From Bacteroidales bacterium (GTDB lineage Bacteria > Bacteroidota > Bacteroidia > Bacteroidales > UBA4417), in assembly GCA_030654075.1 (NCBI GenBank), contig JAURYB010000015.1, forward strand, positions 1,644-65,643: 64,000 bases of DNA, written 5' to 3'. The translations under genes were made by a program, and so were the position numbers. Of the stretch, positions 8,757 to 20,600 are shown piece by piece. The notes under the pieces were generated by a model. It was not told where the DNA came from. It was given only the letters and a program-made list of their open reading frames with translations, and ran no database searches. Position 1 is the stretch's first letter, and each line of letters begins with the position of its first letter.

Positions 8757-10232
8757 TTAGGCAACTGATCCTTCTTTTAAAGGCGCATCTTTCAGCGTAT
8801 TAACTAAATAATTCCAGAATTTTTCTACCGAAGCGATAAGAACTTTTTCGTCAGGTGAATGTGGGTACCGGATCGTTGGACCAAAGGAAATCATATCCCA
8901 ATTCGGATAAACACCACCCAATAAACCGCATTCGAGGCCGGCGTGAATAGCTTTTATCTCCGGAATACGACCATATAGTTTCTGATAAACCTCCTGCATA
9001 GTGATCAGGATGGCCGATTGCATATTTGGTTTCCAACCTGGATAAGTTCCATTCAGAACCACATCAGCTCCGGCGAGTTCAAAAACATCTTTAATCATCC
9101 CGCCCAGGTCTTCCTGTGCCGAATCAACTGAACTGCGGAGTAAACATTGAATCAAAATTTTCCCATCACCTGATTTAACACTGGCAAGGTTGGTTGATGT
9201 TTCAACAAGGCCTATCATGTCGTCGCTCATGCGCATAACACCGTTTGGACAGGCGTTGATGGCTTTCATCACTTTATCCAGAGAAGCAGCGTCGATTAAT
9301 GAATGAGGTGTAGCTGTTGCGGCGATGGTGAATTTTAAATCAGGTTCTGTTGCTGAAAGTTCGCTGCGATACAGTTTTTCGTAATCAGCAACACATTTTA
9401 CCAGTGCATCAGCTTTTGATGGTGGAACAGTAACAACGGCAAAGGATTCGCGTGGAATGGCATTGCGAAGACTGCCGCCTTCGATGGATGCTAAACGCAA
9501 ACTATGTTCAACTACCGAATGCTGCAGGAAGCGGTTCATGAGTTTATTACTGTTGCCGCGCTGCAAAATAATTTCGAGTCCTGAGTGACCGCCTTTTAAT
9601 CCGGTGATAGCCAGTTTGAACGATGCCAGTCCCTGCTGAACGGATTCTTCTTTATACGTGAATGTTGCATTGGCATTGGTTCCACCTGCGCAACCTACAT
9701 ATAATTCACCTTCATCTTCCGAATCAAGGTTCAGGAGGATATCTCCATTTAAAACTCCGCCTTTTAATCCGAAAGCTCCGGTCATACCGGTTTCTTCGTC
9801 GCAGGTGAACAATGCCTCAACAGCACCGTGAACCAGGCTGGTGGCTTCCAGAACCGCCATAGCCGCTGCAACACCCATGCCATTGTCAGCGCCAAGAGTA
9901 GTTCCGTTGGCCGTTACCCAATCGCCATCAACATATGCTTCAATAGGATCTTTAGCAAAATCATGTGCTTTGTCGCTGTTTTTCTGTGGAACCATGTCCA
10001 GATGGGTTTGCAGAACGATGCCTTTGCGGTTTTCCATTCCTGGAGTAGCTGGTTTACGAATGATAATATTTCCGACCTCGTCTTTAATTGTTTCTAGGCC
10101 GAGGTTTTTACCAAAATCGAACATAAATTGCTGAATACGATCTTCGTGATGCGAAGGACGCGGAATTTGTGTCAGGCTGTAAAAATTCTTCCAAACAGCG
10201 GTGGGTTCCAGGTTAAAGATTTCTTTATTCAT
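8757..10232 (-). CDS. pepD: aminoacyl-histidine (Xaa-His) dipeptidase, M20 family
   Basis: 491 aa. IPRPSHHE, LQTHLDMVPQKN, GTTLGADNGMG and DEETGMTGA motifs are characteristic of PepD. Confidence 0.9.
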   Translation of the reverse strand: MNKEIFNLEPTAVWKNFYSLTQIPRPSHHEDRIQQFMFDFGKNLGLETIKDEVGNIIIRKPATPGMENRKGIVLQTHLDMVPQKNSDKAHDFAKDPIEAYVDGDWVTANGTTLGADNGMGVAAAMAVLEATSLVHGAVEALFTCDEETGMTGAFGLKGGVLNGDILLNLDSEDEGELYVGCAGGTNANATFTYKEESVQQGLASFKLAITGLKGGHSGLEIILQRGNSNKLMNRFLQHSVVEHSLRLASIEGGSLRNAIPRESFAVVTVPPSKADALVKCVADYEKLYRSELSATEPDLKFTIAATATPHSLIDAASLDKVMKAINACPNGVMRMSDDMIGLVETSTNLASVKSGDGKILIQCLLRSSVDSAQEDLGGMIKDVFELAGADVVLNGTYPGWKPNMQSAILITMQEVYQKLYGRIPEIKAIHAGLECGLLGGVYPNWDMISFGPTIRYPHSPDEKVLIASVEKFWNYLVNTLKDAPLKEGSVA

Positions 10233-10564
10233 TGGTGTTAAGGTTATAGTATTAGTTTACGTTGATTACAGTGTTTTAAAATAGGTGTCGTTCGGTTGTC
10301 ATTCAATTGCAGAGGATTAAGTATAGAAGAGTGTTTGAGTTGGATGTGTTGTCATTCAATAGTCATTCAGTTGTTTTACAATGAAACCAGAGTTTGAACT
10401 ACTTAACATTTTGGACTTTATATATTGACCTTACAGATCTTACTGTTTTCTATTTTTCAATAACCATTAACTCTTTTCCCTTTGAGTGTTACCGTGCCAA
10501 AAGTAGTGAAAAAACCAGGGTTTGGATATATATTACGATTTGATATGTTAAATCTTGTGAAATT

Positions 10565-11185
10565 TTATAAAGCCACATGCACTACTTTTTTCGTCTCAAA
10601 AAAGTCCTCGACAAAATAATTACTCAATTCAAAAACCTGGCATTTATTCTTTACAGGAGCAAGTTCAGCTTCAAGGTCACCGCCTTTCAAATAAAGGATG
10701 CCATTGTGCATATTATTCCGGCTTTCTTTTTTAATTTTATTCTCAACCCATTTTATAAAATCAGGAAGGGTTGTAACTGCGCGGCTGACAACAAAATCGA
10801 ATTTCCCCTTCACTTCCTCAGCCCGGGCCTTTACGGCTTCAATATTTTTAATTCCCGCTGCCTCAGCAACTTCCTGGACTACTTTTATTTTCTTGCCTAT
10901 CGAATCAACCAGTAGGAATCTGGTGTCAGGAAACAAAATTGCAAGCGGTACGCCGGGAAATCCACCACCTGTTCCAACATCCATTACTTGAGCTCCGGGC
11001 GTAAACTGTATCACTTTTGCAATTCCTAACGAATGTAAAACATGCCGCTCGTAAAAATGTTCCATATCCTTTCGGGAAATCACATTGATCTTGTTGTTCC
11101 AATCAATATAGAGCTGCTCTAACTGTCTGAATTTGTCAGCTTGATCACTTGTAAGGTCGGGAAAGTATTTTGAGATTAATTCCAT
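10565..11185 (-). CDS. rsmG: 16S rRNA (guanine527-N7)-methyltransferase
   Basis: 206 aa. VMDVGTGGGFPGVPLAI SAM motif and RsmG/GidB-like overall layout. Confidence 0.9.
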   Translation of the reverse strand: MELISKYFPDLTSDQADKFRQLEQLYIDWNNKINVISRKDMEHFYERHVLHSLGIAKVIQFTPGAQVMDVGTGGGFPGVPLAILFPDTRFLLVDSIGKKIKVVQEVAEAAGIKNIEAVKARAEEVKGKFDFVVSRAVTTLPDFIKWVENKIKKESRNNMHNGILYLKGGDLEAELAPVKNKCQVFELSNYFVEDFFETKKVVHVAL

Positions 11186-11302
11186 TTTAAGTTTTTAAAT
11201 AAGCACAAAAATATGATTCTTAATTCAATTGTTAAAGAATTCTATTTTCCTGTTTTCTATTTCCCATTTTCCTGTGTGCCTATATTTTCCCATCTTTGCA
11301 TA

Positions 11303-12220
11303 ATGAGCCCGAAATTTCCATTAATAACTATTCTTGGCCCTACTGCCGTTGGGAAAACAACATTTGCAGCTCACCTGGCATTGGCATTGGATGCTGAAAT
11401 CATAAGTGCTGATTCGCGCCAGGTATATAGAGGTATGGATATTGGAACGGGAAAAGACCTTGAAGATTACAAAGTCAACAATCTAATTATTCCGAATCAT
11501 CTTATTGATATTGCTGATCCGGGTACTGAATATAGTGTGTTTCAGTTTCAGCGTGATTTTCAGGTTGCCTGGGAATCAATTATTTCCAAAGGCAAAACAC
11601 CTGTATTATGTGGCGGAACGGGATTGTATCTCGAATCTGTGCTCCTGGCATACAACCTTGTCGAAGTTCCTGAGAATGAACCGCTGAGACTTCAGTTAAA
11701 TGAACTTACTAATGCTGAATTAGTAAATAGAATTTCATCCTATCGGCCACTGCATAATTCAACAGATACTCTTGATCGGGAACGACTGATAAGAGCCATC
11801 GAAATAGAAAGTTATAAAGAGCAACAAAAGGATCAAACTATCGCAAATGATTTCAGCCATACACCGGTTTTTGGAATCAGGTTTGAACGCAAAACCGTGC
11901 GCGAACGAATTACGGCCAGGCTTACCCAGCGATTGAATGAAGGAATGATTGAGGAAGTTCAACATTTGCTCGATAGCGGTTTAAGCAAGGAGCAGCTTAT
12001 GTTTTATGGTCTTGAGTACAAATTTTTAACACTGTATTTATCAGCCGAATTGAGTTATAATGAAATGTTCAGGTTACTAAATATAGCTATTCACCAGTTT
12101 GCCAAGCGGCAAATGACCTGGTTCCGCCGGATGGAAAACAAAGGAATAAAAATTTACTGGCTCGATGGTGAAGATGGGTTACAAATGAACCTCAGTAAAG
12201 CAATCGATTATTTGAAATAA
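11303..12220 (+). CDS. miaA: tRNA dimethylallyltransferase
   Basis: ILGPTAVGKT P-loop and ISADSRQVYRGMDIGTGK. ATG at 11303 is preferred over the upstream ORF-track start, which adds a non-conserved 30-aa extension. Confidence 0.9.
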   Translation: MSPKFPLITILGPTAVGKTTFAAHLALALDAEIISADSRQVYRGMDIGTGKDLEDYKVNNLIIPNHLIDIADPGTEYSVFQFQRDFQVAWESIISKGKTPVLCGGTGLYLESVLLAYNLVEVPENEPLRLQLNELTNAELVNRISSYRPLHNSTDTLDRERLIRAIEIESYKEQQKDQTIANDFSHTPVFGIRFERKTVRERITARLTQRLNEGMIEEVQHLLDSGLSKEQLMFYGLEYKFLTLYLSAELSYNEMFRLLNIAIHQFAKRQMTWFRRMENKGIKIYWLDGEDGLQMNLSKAIDYLK

Positions 12221-12350
12221 AATTAATTGGATTCAGATTACTGAAATTGAGTATTTTAGCTAAAAGTATATTGGATTTTTCAGTTTAATTAAACAATTTT
12301 ATTTCAGAGCTGTTTATGTATTGTCTAACATTTATATAGATTTATTAAAC

Positions 12351-14756
12351 ATGAACTACCTAAAGCATCTCAAAATAGTCATTATTGCTTTTTTTCTATG
12401 TTTTTCCTTTGGATTGTATGCTCAAACCGGTTCAATCAAAGGAAGAGTATTTAATGTTAAAAACAATGATCCGCTTCCTTTCACTAATATTATTATCAGT
12501 GGAACAACTATTGGTTCTGTAAGCGACCTTGATGGTAATTTTACTTTCACGGGCTTAAATCCCGGATATGTAAAACTTGAAGCTTCTGCAATAGGATTTG
12601 ATAAAATAATGACAGAAGAAATTCTCATCACAAATGCCAAGACTGCTTCGTTGGATATTCCGATGAAAGAGGTAGCCGTAGAGATTACCGGTGTCGAAAT
12701 TACCGCTTCAGTTTTCAAACGTGTTGAGGAAAGCCCGGTTTCGTTGAAATCGCTTGGGATTTCACAAATAGAAAAAAGCCCGGGTTCAAACCGTGATATT
12801 TCCAAAGTTATTCAATCCTTACCAGGTGTGGCTTCTTCCGTTTCATTTCGTAATGACATTATAGTGCGTGGTGGAGGACCTTCGGAAAACAGGTTTTTGC
12901 TCGACGGTATTGAAATTCCGAATTTAAATCACTTTGCTACTCAAGGTGCTTCCGGTGGCCCTGTAGGCATTATAAATACTGATTTTTTACGTGATGTTGA
13001 TTTCTATTCCGGGGCATTTCCTGCAAGCAGGGGAAATTCTCTGAGCTCAGTTATTGATATGAAACTGATTGATGGAAACCCTGACCGGCTGGTTTATCGC
13101 GCAACTCTTGGCGCCAGCGAGATGGCTTTGAGTGTCAATGGCCCATTAACTGAAAAAACAAGTATTCTGTTTTCGGTGCGAAGATCGTACCTGCAGTTTC
13201 TGTTTAACGTCATCGGGCTGCCATTTCTTCCAACCTTCAGTGATTACACGGTAAAAGTGAAAACCAAGTTCAATGTTCACAACGAACTTACTATAATCAG
13301 CATCGGGGCACTTGATAAATTCAAACTCAATACCGGGCTTAAAAATCCTACCGAAGAGCAGCAATACATACTCGATTACCTGCCGGTGAACAACCAGTGG
13401 AATTATGCCATTGGCGCCAATTATCGCCATTACCGCGATAATTCATACGGAACGTTTGTGCTCAGCCGTAACATGCTTTATAATGAAGCATACAAATACC
13501 AGGGAAATGATGAAAATGTTCCGGATTCGAAGACGCTTGATTATTCTTCGTACGAAATTGAGAATAAGATCCGCTATGAGGAAGTTGCCCGAACCAAAGG
13601 ATACAAAATTTCATATGGTGCAGGGGCTGAATATGCCAAATATAAAAATACGACATTTCAAAAGGTATTTATCCCATCGGGTGAAGACACCATCACAGAA
13701 ATAAATTATTCTTCTGATCTGAACTTTTTTAAATGGAATTTATTCGGCCAGGTGAGCAAGGGATTGCTGGGGGAGAGGCTTATTCTTTCGTTGGGTGTGC
13801 GTTCCGATGCAAATAATTACTCTCCGGATATGTCGAACCTGTTTAAACAGCTTTCTCCCAGGTTTTCGGCATCGTACTCGCTCACTCCCCAATTGTTAGT
13901 TAATTTTAATACAGGCAGGTATTTCCAGCTTCCGGCATATACTACCATGGGATACAGGTCTTCGCTTGGCGAATTGGTGAATAAAGCAAATGGATTAAGG
14001 TACATTCAGGCCGATCATATTGTGGCTGGTTTCGACTACCGGCGAAACGATAAATCCAAAATAACACTCGAAGGATTTTATAAATTTTATAACTATTATC
14101 CCTTCTCACTCACTGATTCGGTTTCACTGGCAAGCAAAGGAGCTAATTTCGGTGTGGCAGGTGATGAGGCAGTAATACCAACATCACGAGGTAAAGCCTG
14201 GGGAGCAGAAGTTTATTTTCGTGAAAAAATAACGAAATGGATTGAGGCCACTCTTTCCTATACATGGGTGCGTTCCTCTTTTGAAGATAAACATGGTGAT
14301 TTTATTCCCTCCGCCTGGGATAACAGGAATATATTGAATGTAACAGCGTTGGTAACTTTGAAACGGAATTGGGATATTGGCGTAAAATGGCGCTTTGTAG
14401 GTGGCGCTCCTTACACTCCGTATGATGAACCCAAATCAGAACTTATAGAAGCCTGGGATGTGCAAGGCCGGGGTTATCTTGATTATAACCAGTTTAATAA
14501 TCAACGACTTGGTGTTTTTCATCAGCTCGACCTGAGGGTTGATAAAGAATATTTTTTCAAAAAATGGTCTCTTAATGTTTACCTCGATATCCAGAATCTT
14601 TATAATTTTAAAGCTGAACAACCTGCTGAACTTCTCCAGGTAAAGGATGCAAACGGTCAGCCGGTGTTAAAAGATCCTGAACGTTATCAACTTAAATATC
14701 TGTCGAGCGAATCAGGTACTGTACTGCCGACTATTGGAATTATTGTTGAACTTTAA
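12351..14756 (+). CDS. TonB-dependent outer-membrane receptor with N-terminal carboxypeptidase-regulatory-like domain
   Basis: Signal peptide, then the GSIKGRV...DGNFTF fold, a plug region (SLPGV, IVRGG) and a C-terminal aromatic-rich barrel. ATG at 12351. Confidence 0.85.
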   Translation: MNYLKHLKIVIIAFFLCFSFGLYAQTGSIKGRVFNVKNNDPLPFTNIIISGTTIGSVSDLDGNFTFTGLNPGYVKLEASAIGFDKIMTEEILITNAKTASLDIPMKEVAVEITGVEITASVFKRVEESPVSLKSLGISQIEKSPGSNRDISKVIQSLPGVASSVSFRNDIIVRGGGPSENRFLLDGIEIPNLNHFATQGASGGPVGIINTDFLRDVDFYSGAFPASRGNSLSSVIDMKLIDGNPDRLVYRATLGASEMALSVNGPLTEKTSILFSVRRSYLQFLFNVIGLPFLPTFSDYTVKVKTKFNVHNELTIISIGALDKFKLNTGLKNPTEEQQYILDYLPVNNQWNYAIGANYRHYRDNSYGTFVLSRNMLYNEAYKYQGNDENVPDSKTLDYSSYEIENKIRYEEVARTKGYKISYGAGAEYAKYKNTTFQKVFIPSGEDTITEINYSSDLNFFKWNLFGQVSKGLLGERLILSLGVRSDANNYSPDMSNLFKQLSPRFSASYSLTPQLLVNFNTGRYFQLPAYTTMGYRSSLGELVNKANGLRYIQADHIVAGFDYRRNDKSKITLEGFYKFYNYYPFSLTDSVSLASKGANFGVAGDEAVIPTSRGKAWGAEVYFREKITKWIEATLSYTWVRSSFEDKHGDFIPSAWDNRNILNVTALVTLKRNWDIGVKWRFVGGAPYTPYDEPKSELIEAWDVQGRGYLDYNQFNNQRLGVFHQLDLRVDKEYFFKKWSLNVYLDIQNLYNFKAEQPAELLQVKDANGQPVLKDPERYQLKYLSSESGTVLPTIGIIVEL

Positions 14757-14768
14757 TATTTAACAAGT

Positions 14769-15545
14769 ATGAAAACCTCTAAAAACTATGTTCTTCGGTT
14801 GATGATTCTTGTGCTTATTAGTGTTTTAGGCTTTATATCGTGTAAACCAGGAGGAGAAGGAAAGAGTTCAAAAGCCCGTGTTCAGGATAATGTAATATTA
14901 TTAGCAAGCAATGTCAACGGTTCAGGCAAATCGATTGAGATTGAATTGATTAAAGGAAAAGCACATAATCATCCCACTTTTGCTTTCTGGATTGAAGATA
15001 CCGCCGGTAACTACATACAAACGCTGTTTGTTACAGAGGCTTTAGGACAAGGGATTTTTAAATACGGCGATAAATCAGCAGGAACCTGGAAACCTGGTGA
15101 GGTGCACCGGCCTGCAGCCTTGCCGTATTGGGCGCATAAATGGGGTGTGAAAAAAGTAAATGGCTCTTTTGAGCCAAGTTCGAAAAATAAAGTTCCGGAT
15201 GCATATAGTGGTGCAACCCCTGCAGGTAGTTTTAAGCTAAATACACGAACTGATAATGTTAAAAACGGGAAAGTGAAATTGATGATGGAAATTAACCAGC
15301 CCTGGGATTGGAACGAATATTGGACAAATGCTCTTTATCCTGATGACACTGATTATCAAACATCATGTCAGCCGGCTGTAGTATATTCAGCGATTATAGA
15401 TTTGGATAGCTCCGGAACTAAAATTGAATTGAAACCAGCAGGCCATAGCCACTATTCGGGCAAAACCGGTGAATTATACCCCGATCTTTCAACTATTACA
15501 ACTGCTCTGCATATTGCTGAACAAATTACAGTTAGTTTACAATAG
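14769..15545 (+). CDS. lipoprotein, possibly DUF2271-like
   Basis: Lipobox LGFISC. HNHPTFAFWIEDTAGNYIQTLFVT resembles the YHRPYVAVWIED motif remembered for DUF2271. Weak assignment. Confidence 0.4.
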   Translation: MKTSKNYVLRLMILVLISVLGFISCKPGGEGKSSKARVQDNVILLASNVNGSGKSIEIELIKGKAHNHPTFAFWIEDTAGNYIQTLFVTEALGQGIFKYGDKSAGTWKPGEVHRPAALPYWAHKWGVKKVNGSFEPSSKNKVPDAYSGATPAGSFKLNTRTDNVKNGKVKLMMEINQPWDWNEYWTNALYPDDTDYQTSCQPAVVYSAIIDLDSSGTKIELKPAGHSHYSGKTGELYPDLSTITTALHIAEQITVSLQ

Positions 15546-15679
15546 AGGTGCTTTTTCCTAAACAGTGAATTGGAATCTCTTATGCAGTTATCCTGTTTTT
15601 GGATAGGTTTAAAGAGTAAACGCGCTGTATTTTAAACTAAGAGGAAAACTACAGTTTTTGAAATGTATTATTTGAAATG

Positions 15680-17485
15680 TTATGCGTTTTTCCCTAACAG
15701 TATTCCCATGTTTTTCATCAGGTAAGTTGCGTTCAGGTTTTTACAAACGCCATCGTGAAGCTTATAATCGATAAGCATTTTATCATTTTCAATTTGGATT
15801 TCGAAACACAGGTTATTAACCTGACCTGGGAAGCGGGAAGCAAGTTCACCCAGCATAAGATCATGTGTTGCAAATAGTCCGACAGATTTATAATGCAGCA
15901 ATTGCTCGATCAATGCAATGGATCCGGCTTGTTTGTCTTTTGAGTTGGTGCCTTTCAGGATTTCATCGAGAAGTATTAGTTTTTTCTTACCGCTTTCCAG
16001 TTCATCGATAATCTGTTTCAAACGTTTAAGTTCAGCATAAAAATAGGATTCGTGTTTCACCAATGAATCGCTGGTGCGTATACTGCTGTGAATCTGAATA
16101 GGGTAGAAGCTTAGTTTTGATGCACACACCGGGGCTCCGGCCATGGCCAGGATATAGTTTGCCCCAATGGTTCTTAAAAAAGTACTTTTCCCCGACATAT
16201 TTGCACCGGTAATAATGGCAAACTGGTTCCAGCCGTTTATCTCAACATTATTTACAACACGCTGTTCTGTATCAATCAGCGGATGGCCCAGGTTTTCTGC
16301 TGTAAATCCGAAATCATCGCCTAGCAACTCCGGATAGACAAAATCCGGATTATTATATGCGAAATTGGCCAGGCTGCTCATGGCATCAAACGTGGCAATG
16401 CTTTCAAACCAGTTGAGAACATTCTCCTGGTTTTGCTTTTTCCATTTTTCTACTTTAAGTAATAGATGAAGGTTGAACATGAAAAGACCATTCAGAATTA
16501 TCGAAACCAGTATGTTCAGATTGGAATCCATGTAGTTGAGTAAAACTGATAGCTGGCGAATTGCCTTTGACGGTATTTTTCCTTCTTCGGCTACCAGTCG
16601 TTTCTGGATATCAGTAAGGTATCCGGATTTGAAATTGGTTTTTTCTATCAGTAGCAGGCTCTGTGAAAACTTATTCAGAATTTTGCTTTTCGAAGTTATA
16701 ATATTCTGTACCTGAATGGTTTGCCTTGCATACAGGAAAACAATCATCAACTGTAAAACAATCAGAAAGGACGGAAATGCAATAATTCCGGCAATGGATA
16801 ACGCAAGACAAGTCAATGTAATTGGCGGAAGTCCGTATGCAAGTATTCGTACTATTTTCAGGTTTTTCACCGGACTTTCGCTATCGAGCCAGGTATTCAT
16901 TTCAGTTTTATCAGCTTCAGTGATCTTTTCGTCATGAAATATCAACTGGAGTTTCTGACGCAGTTCAACCATTTCGGACAATTCCTTTACCGATTGCTGC
17001 CGTTGAATTGCCTTATCACTTTGCCCGAAAGCATTACTGAAATATTGCGCCAGTCGGAGTTTACCAAAAATAGTTGAAGTACGGTTTATAAACTGGAACA
17101 AGGAGCCTTCGCCGAAAATATCCAGGTCGTGGGTATAATCGTGCGACTGGTCAATATATTCATTTCCTGGATCGAAAGATGAGTAATCGCCGGCCAATGC
17201 TTTAACTTCTTTCTCATTGATTTGAATCAGAATCTGAATGCGTTTGATCCGTTTTTTTAGCCTGCTATCGAGTAAACTAAGTATCACAAAAGCAATAAAA
17301 GCCGAAATTGCAAGCATTCCTGCCCAAAGTGACTGTATCGTAAGGTACCTGTAAACCAGGAAAGCAAACAATAAAAATAAACCAAGCCGAAGCAAAGGCA
17401 GATTTTTTTGTTTCTTATCCAGGTTCTGTTTTTCGGCGGAATAAGTGGTGATGCGTTTAGTATATTCTGAAAGAGGATCGCTCAT
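15680..17485 (-). CDS. MutS-related ATPase (domain V only, N-terminal TM helices; no mismatch-binding domain)
   Basis: ITGANMSGKSTFLRTIG Walker A, LLDEILKGTN Walker B and hydrophobic N-terminal segments. Confidence 0.8.
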   Translation of the reverse strand: MSDPLSEYTKRITTYSAEKQNLDKKQKNLPLLRLGLFLLFAFLVYRYLTIQSLWAGMLAISAFIAFVILSLLDSRLKKRIKRIQILIQINEKEVKALAGDYSSFDPGNEYIDQSHDYTHDLDIFGEGSLFQFINRTSTIFGKLRLAQYFSNAFGQSDKAIQRQQSVKELSEMVELRQKLQLIFHDEKITEADKTEMNTWLDSESPVKNLKIVRILAYGLPPITLTCLALSIAGIIAFPSFLIVLQLMIVFLYARQTIQVQNIITSKSKILNKFSQSLLLIEKTNFKSGYLTDIQKRLVAEEGKIPSKAIRQLSVLLNYMDSNLNILVSIILNGLFMFNLHLLLKVEKWKKQNQENVLNWFESIATFDAMSSLANFAYNNPDFVYPELLGDDFGFTAENLGHPLIDTEQRVVNNVEINGWNQFAIITGANMSGKSTFLRTIGANYILAMAGAPVCASKLSFYPIQIHSSIRTSDSLVKHESYFYAELKRLKQIIDELESGKKKLILLDEILKGTNSKDKQAGSIALIEQLLHYKSVGLFATHDLMLGELASRFPGQVNNLCFEIQIENDKMLIDYKLHDGVCKNLNATYLMKNMGILLGKNA

Positions 17486-17660
17486 AGTATAGGGTTGTTG
17501 CGCAAAAGTAGGATAAATTCAGTAAGGCTTCTATCGAAAATTAAATCTTCAATACCGGAAATCAAAAGTTTGAAACTTATTAAGAAAGTGTGCATAGTTT
17601 TCAACAAATATTTCAGGCTTGGATTTTTTCAGGAAATTTGAGTTTTATTTCAGGAAAACT

Positions 17661-20600
17661 ATGGCTACAACTTTCGGAAAAACCTGGTGGGGCGAACAAT
17701 GGCTCAACTCGCTCAATAACATTGATTATAGCAATCGCCTGCCGCGTGGAGCAAGTTATGCCCGCAGTGGTCATGTTGTAAAGATAAATACAAACGGCAA
17801 CCATATTTCGGCTAAAGTAAGCGGAAGTCGTCCGCGGCCTTACAATGTTGATTTAATCATGCCACCGTTTTTTGATCCTGAATTGGGCGAATTTCTCAAG
17901 GAAATAAAACGCAGGCCTGTGATCCTGTCGAAACTGCTGAACAGGGAGTTGGATACCAGTGTCCTGGCTTTGGCTGAGCAGTTTAAACTGAAAGTATTCC
18001 CTAAACAGTGGAACGATCTGAAAATGCAATGTTCATGCCCCGACTGGGCTGTTCCCTGTAAGCACCTGGCGGCTGTAATTTATAAGGTAAGCGCTGAAAT
18101 TGATAATAATCCATTCCTGGTTTTTTCGTTGCATAATGTTGATTTACTCAAAGAAATGGAGAAATTAGGTGTGGTTGTCAACAAGAAAAATATAGAAATA
18201 CCGGGGATTAAAAGTCTTTTTTTTGATAAAGCCAAAACTATACAAGTCTATGATCCCGAGTCCGCATACCAAAAGCTTAATTTTTCAAACTTATCGCCTC
18301 TTCATGAAGCATTAACTTCACTTTTAACCCCTTTACCCGCTTTTTATACTCTTTCCGGCGACTTTAAAGATAAATACGGATGGCGGATCAACAAGGCTGT
18401 CAAAGGAATTGGAAAAGTTTCAGCCGGAAAAATACCTTTATCTCAATTTCTTGAAAAGTCTCATTTTTCGGGTCAGAATATCAGTACGCACTCTAAGAAT
18501 GTACTTGTTATTGATGATTCGGTGATTGTAAAAGTGATGGTGAATGATAAGTCGTTCGCATTGACTGAGTTTTTATACCAGCTTTCCCTTATTCCTGTTT
18601 CCCAAACGTACGATTATCAGCCATCAACAGCTTTGATGCAAACCGCTTTGCAATTGTCGGTTCACCTGGTGGCAAACGGGGCAATTGTTCCGCAGATAAT
18701 TCAGCTTCAGGATAAAAAGTATGCAATACGATGGTTGCCTGCTATGCTCAGCAAAGAAGTTAAAAAATTGGTTAACCGCATTGATCAGATGGTACCACCC
18801 GAAGCATTTGTGTGGCAGGATAAGCAAAAAACACTACAGGTTACTAAGGATGCAGGGCTGAATCTTTTATCAGTTTTCGTTACAGAGCTTGTCCGTTTAT
18901 CGGTTGAACGCGAATTTGGTGATCATTTTGCTGATCTGTTTTTCAGCGATATGCCCTACCCGTTTACAAAACCGGGCGAGGAAGGCCTGGCCGGGGGCAT
19001 TATGACCTGGTTACAGAAATTTTATATTTCGCAGGGAAACTTCCAGCATACCATGATAGTCGAAGAACTGCGGAATGATGACTTCAAGGTTTTGTTTAGT
19101 GTGCAGAGGCTTGACAGTACTGATTCGGAGCGGGTGACTTTGGATGAAATTCTTACTTCCGAAAGTTTTAATAACACCCGTTTCGAGATACTTCAATCCA
19201 TTATGCAGTTAAGCCCTTTTGTGCCTGGACTTGACGATTATATCAATTCAAACGGCAAAGCGGAAATTGTGATGGGTAACGGGCAGTTTGCGCCTTTCCT
19301 GATGCAGATTATCCCGGCTTTGCAATTGCTCGATATTAATATATTGTTGCCCAAAGCTTTGCAAAATATTTTGAAGCCCAAAGCAAGTGTTAAAATCAAG
19401 AAAAAAGCCAGTGGCAAATCCTTCCTTCGTCTTAACGAACTACTTGATTTTGAATGGCAGGTGGCTATTGGCGACCGGGTAATAGGGGAGGAGGAGTTCA
19501 GGAAACTTTTAAGCAATTCCGAAGGGCTTATCAGGTTTAAGGCGAATTACATTTATGTCGGGAAAGATGATCTTGAAAAACTTCACAAACATTTTACTTC
19601 AACAAAGGAAATGTCATCGTTTCAGATGCTTCGTACAGCGTTGAGCGGAGAGTATTTCGGCGCAGCGATCAACTTGAGTGATGAAGTAAAGGAATTGATA
19701 AAGGAGTTGAATTGTTTTGAAGAAGTTGCCCTGCCTTCCGAACTGAAAGCAAACTTACGTCCCTACCAGCATCGTGGATTTTCGTGGATGTTCCGCAACG
19801 CTCAAATCGGGATTGGGTCGGTAATTGCCGACGATATGGGATTGGGGAAAACTTTGCAGGTATTGGCAACAATCCTGAAATTTAAAGAGCAGGGATTACT
19901 TGGTGATCACAAAATCCTGGTTGTGGCTCCAACAGGACTGCTTACCAACTGGATGGCTGAAATCGAAAAATTTACGCCTTCGCTGAATGCGGTTATTTAC
20001 CATGGACCCAATCGTAGCCTTCATGGTCTTGGTGAATACGATGTAATGATTTCTTCTTACGGAATAATACGCAGCGATGCCGAAAAAATCAAAAAACTCA
20101 AATGGCATTCGTTAATTATTGACGAGGCTCAGAATATCAAAAACCAGGATACTGCGCAAACCAAGGCTATCAAATCCATAAAGTCGGGCAATTTTGTGGC
20201 CATGAGCGGTACGCCGGTCGAGAACAGGCTGAGTGAGCTCTGGAGCATCATGGATTATTGTAACCGCGGTTTATTGGGCAATCTGAAAGAGTTTGCCGAT
20301 ACTTACAGTTATCCGATTGAGCAGCTTAACGATGCATCCGTTGCTGACAAATTGAAAAAAGTGACAAGCCCGTTTATGATGCGCCGCATGAAAACGGACA
20401 AATCCATAATTTCGGACTTGCCTGACAAAATCGAGATGAACTGTTTCGCAAGTTTAACTAAGGACCAGGCCAGCCTGTATTCAAAAACGCTTGAGGAATG
20501 CATGAATGCTATCGAAGGAATTGAAGCAAAAGACCACCAGGAGCTTTTTGTGAGGCAGGGATTGGTTTTGCAGATGATTCTGGCGCTCAAACAAATATGC

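Noticed and set aside
10233-10564. 330-bp ORF-free spacer between rsmG and pepD, checked for an RNA gene
   Set aside because: It contains only loose GTCATTCA word repeats. I could not recognise a tRNA cloverleaf, SRP, 6S or RNase P signature. An Rfam/Infernal scan would be needed to exclude a small RNA.
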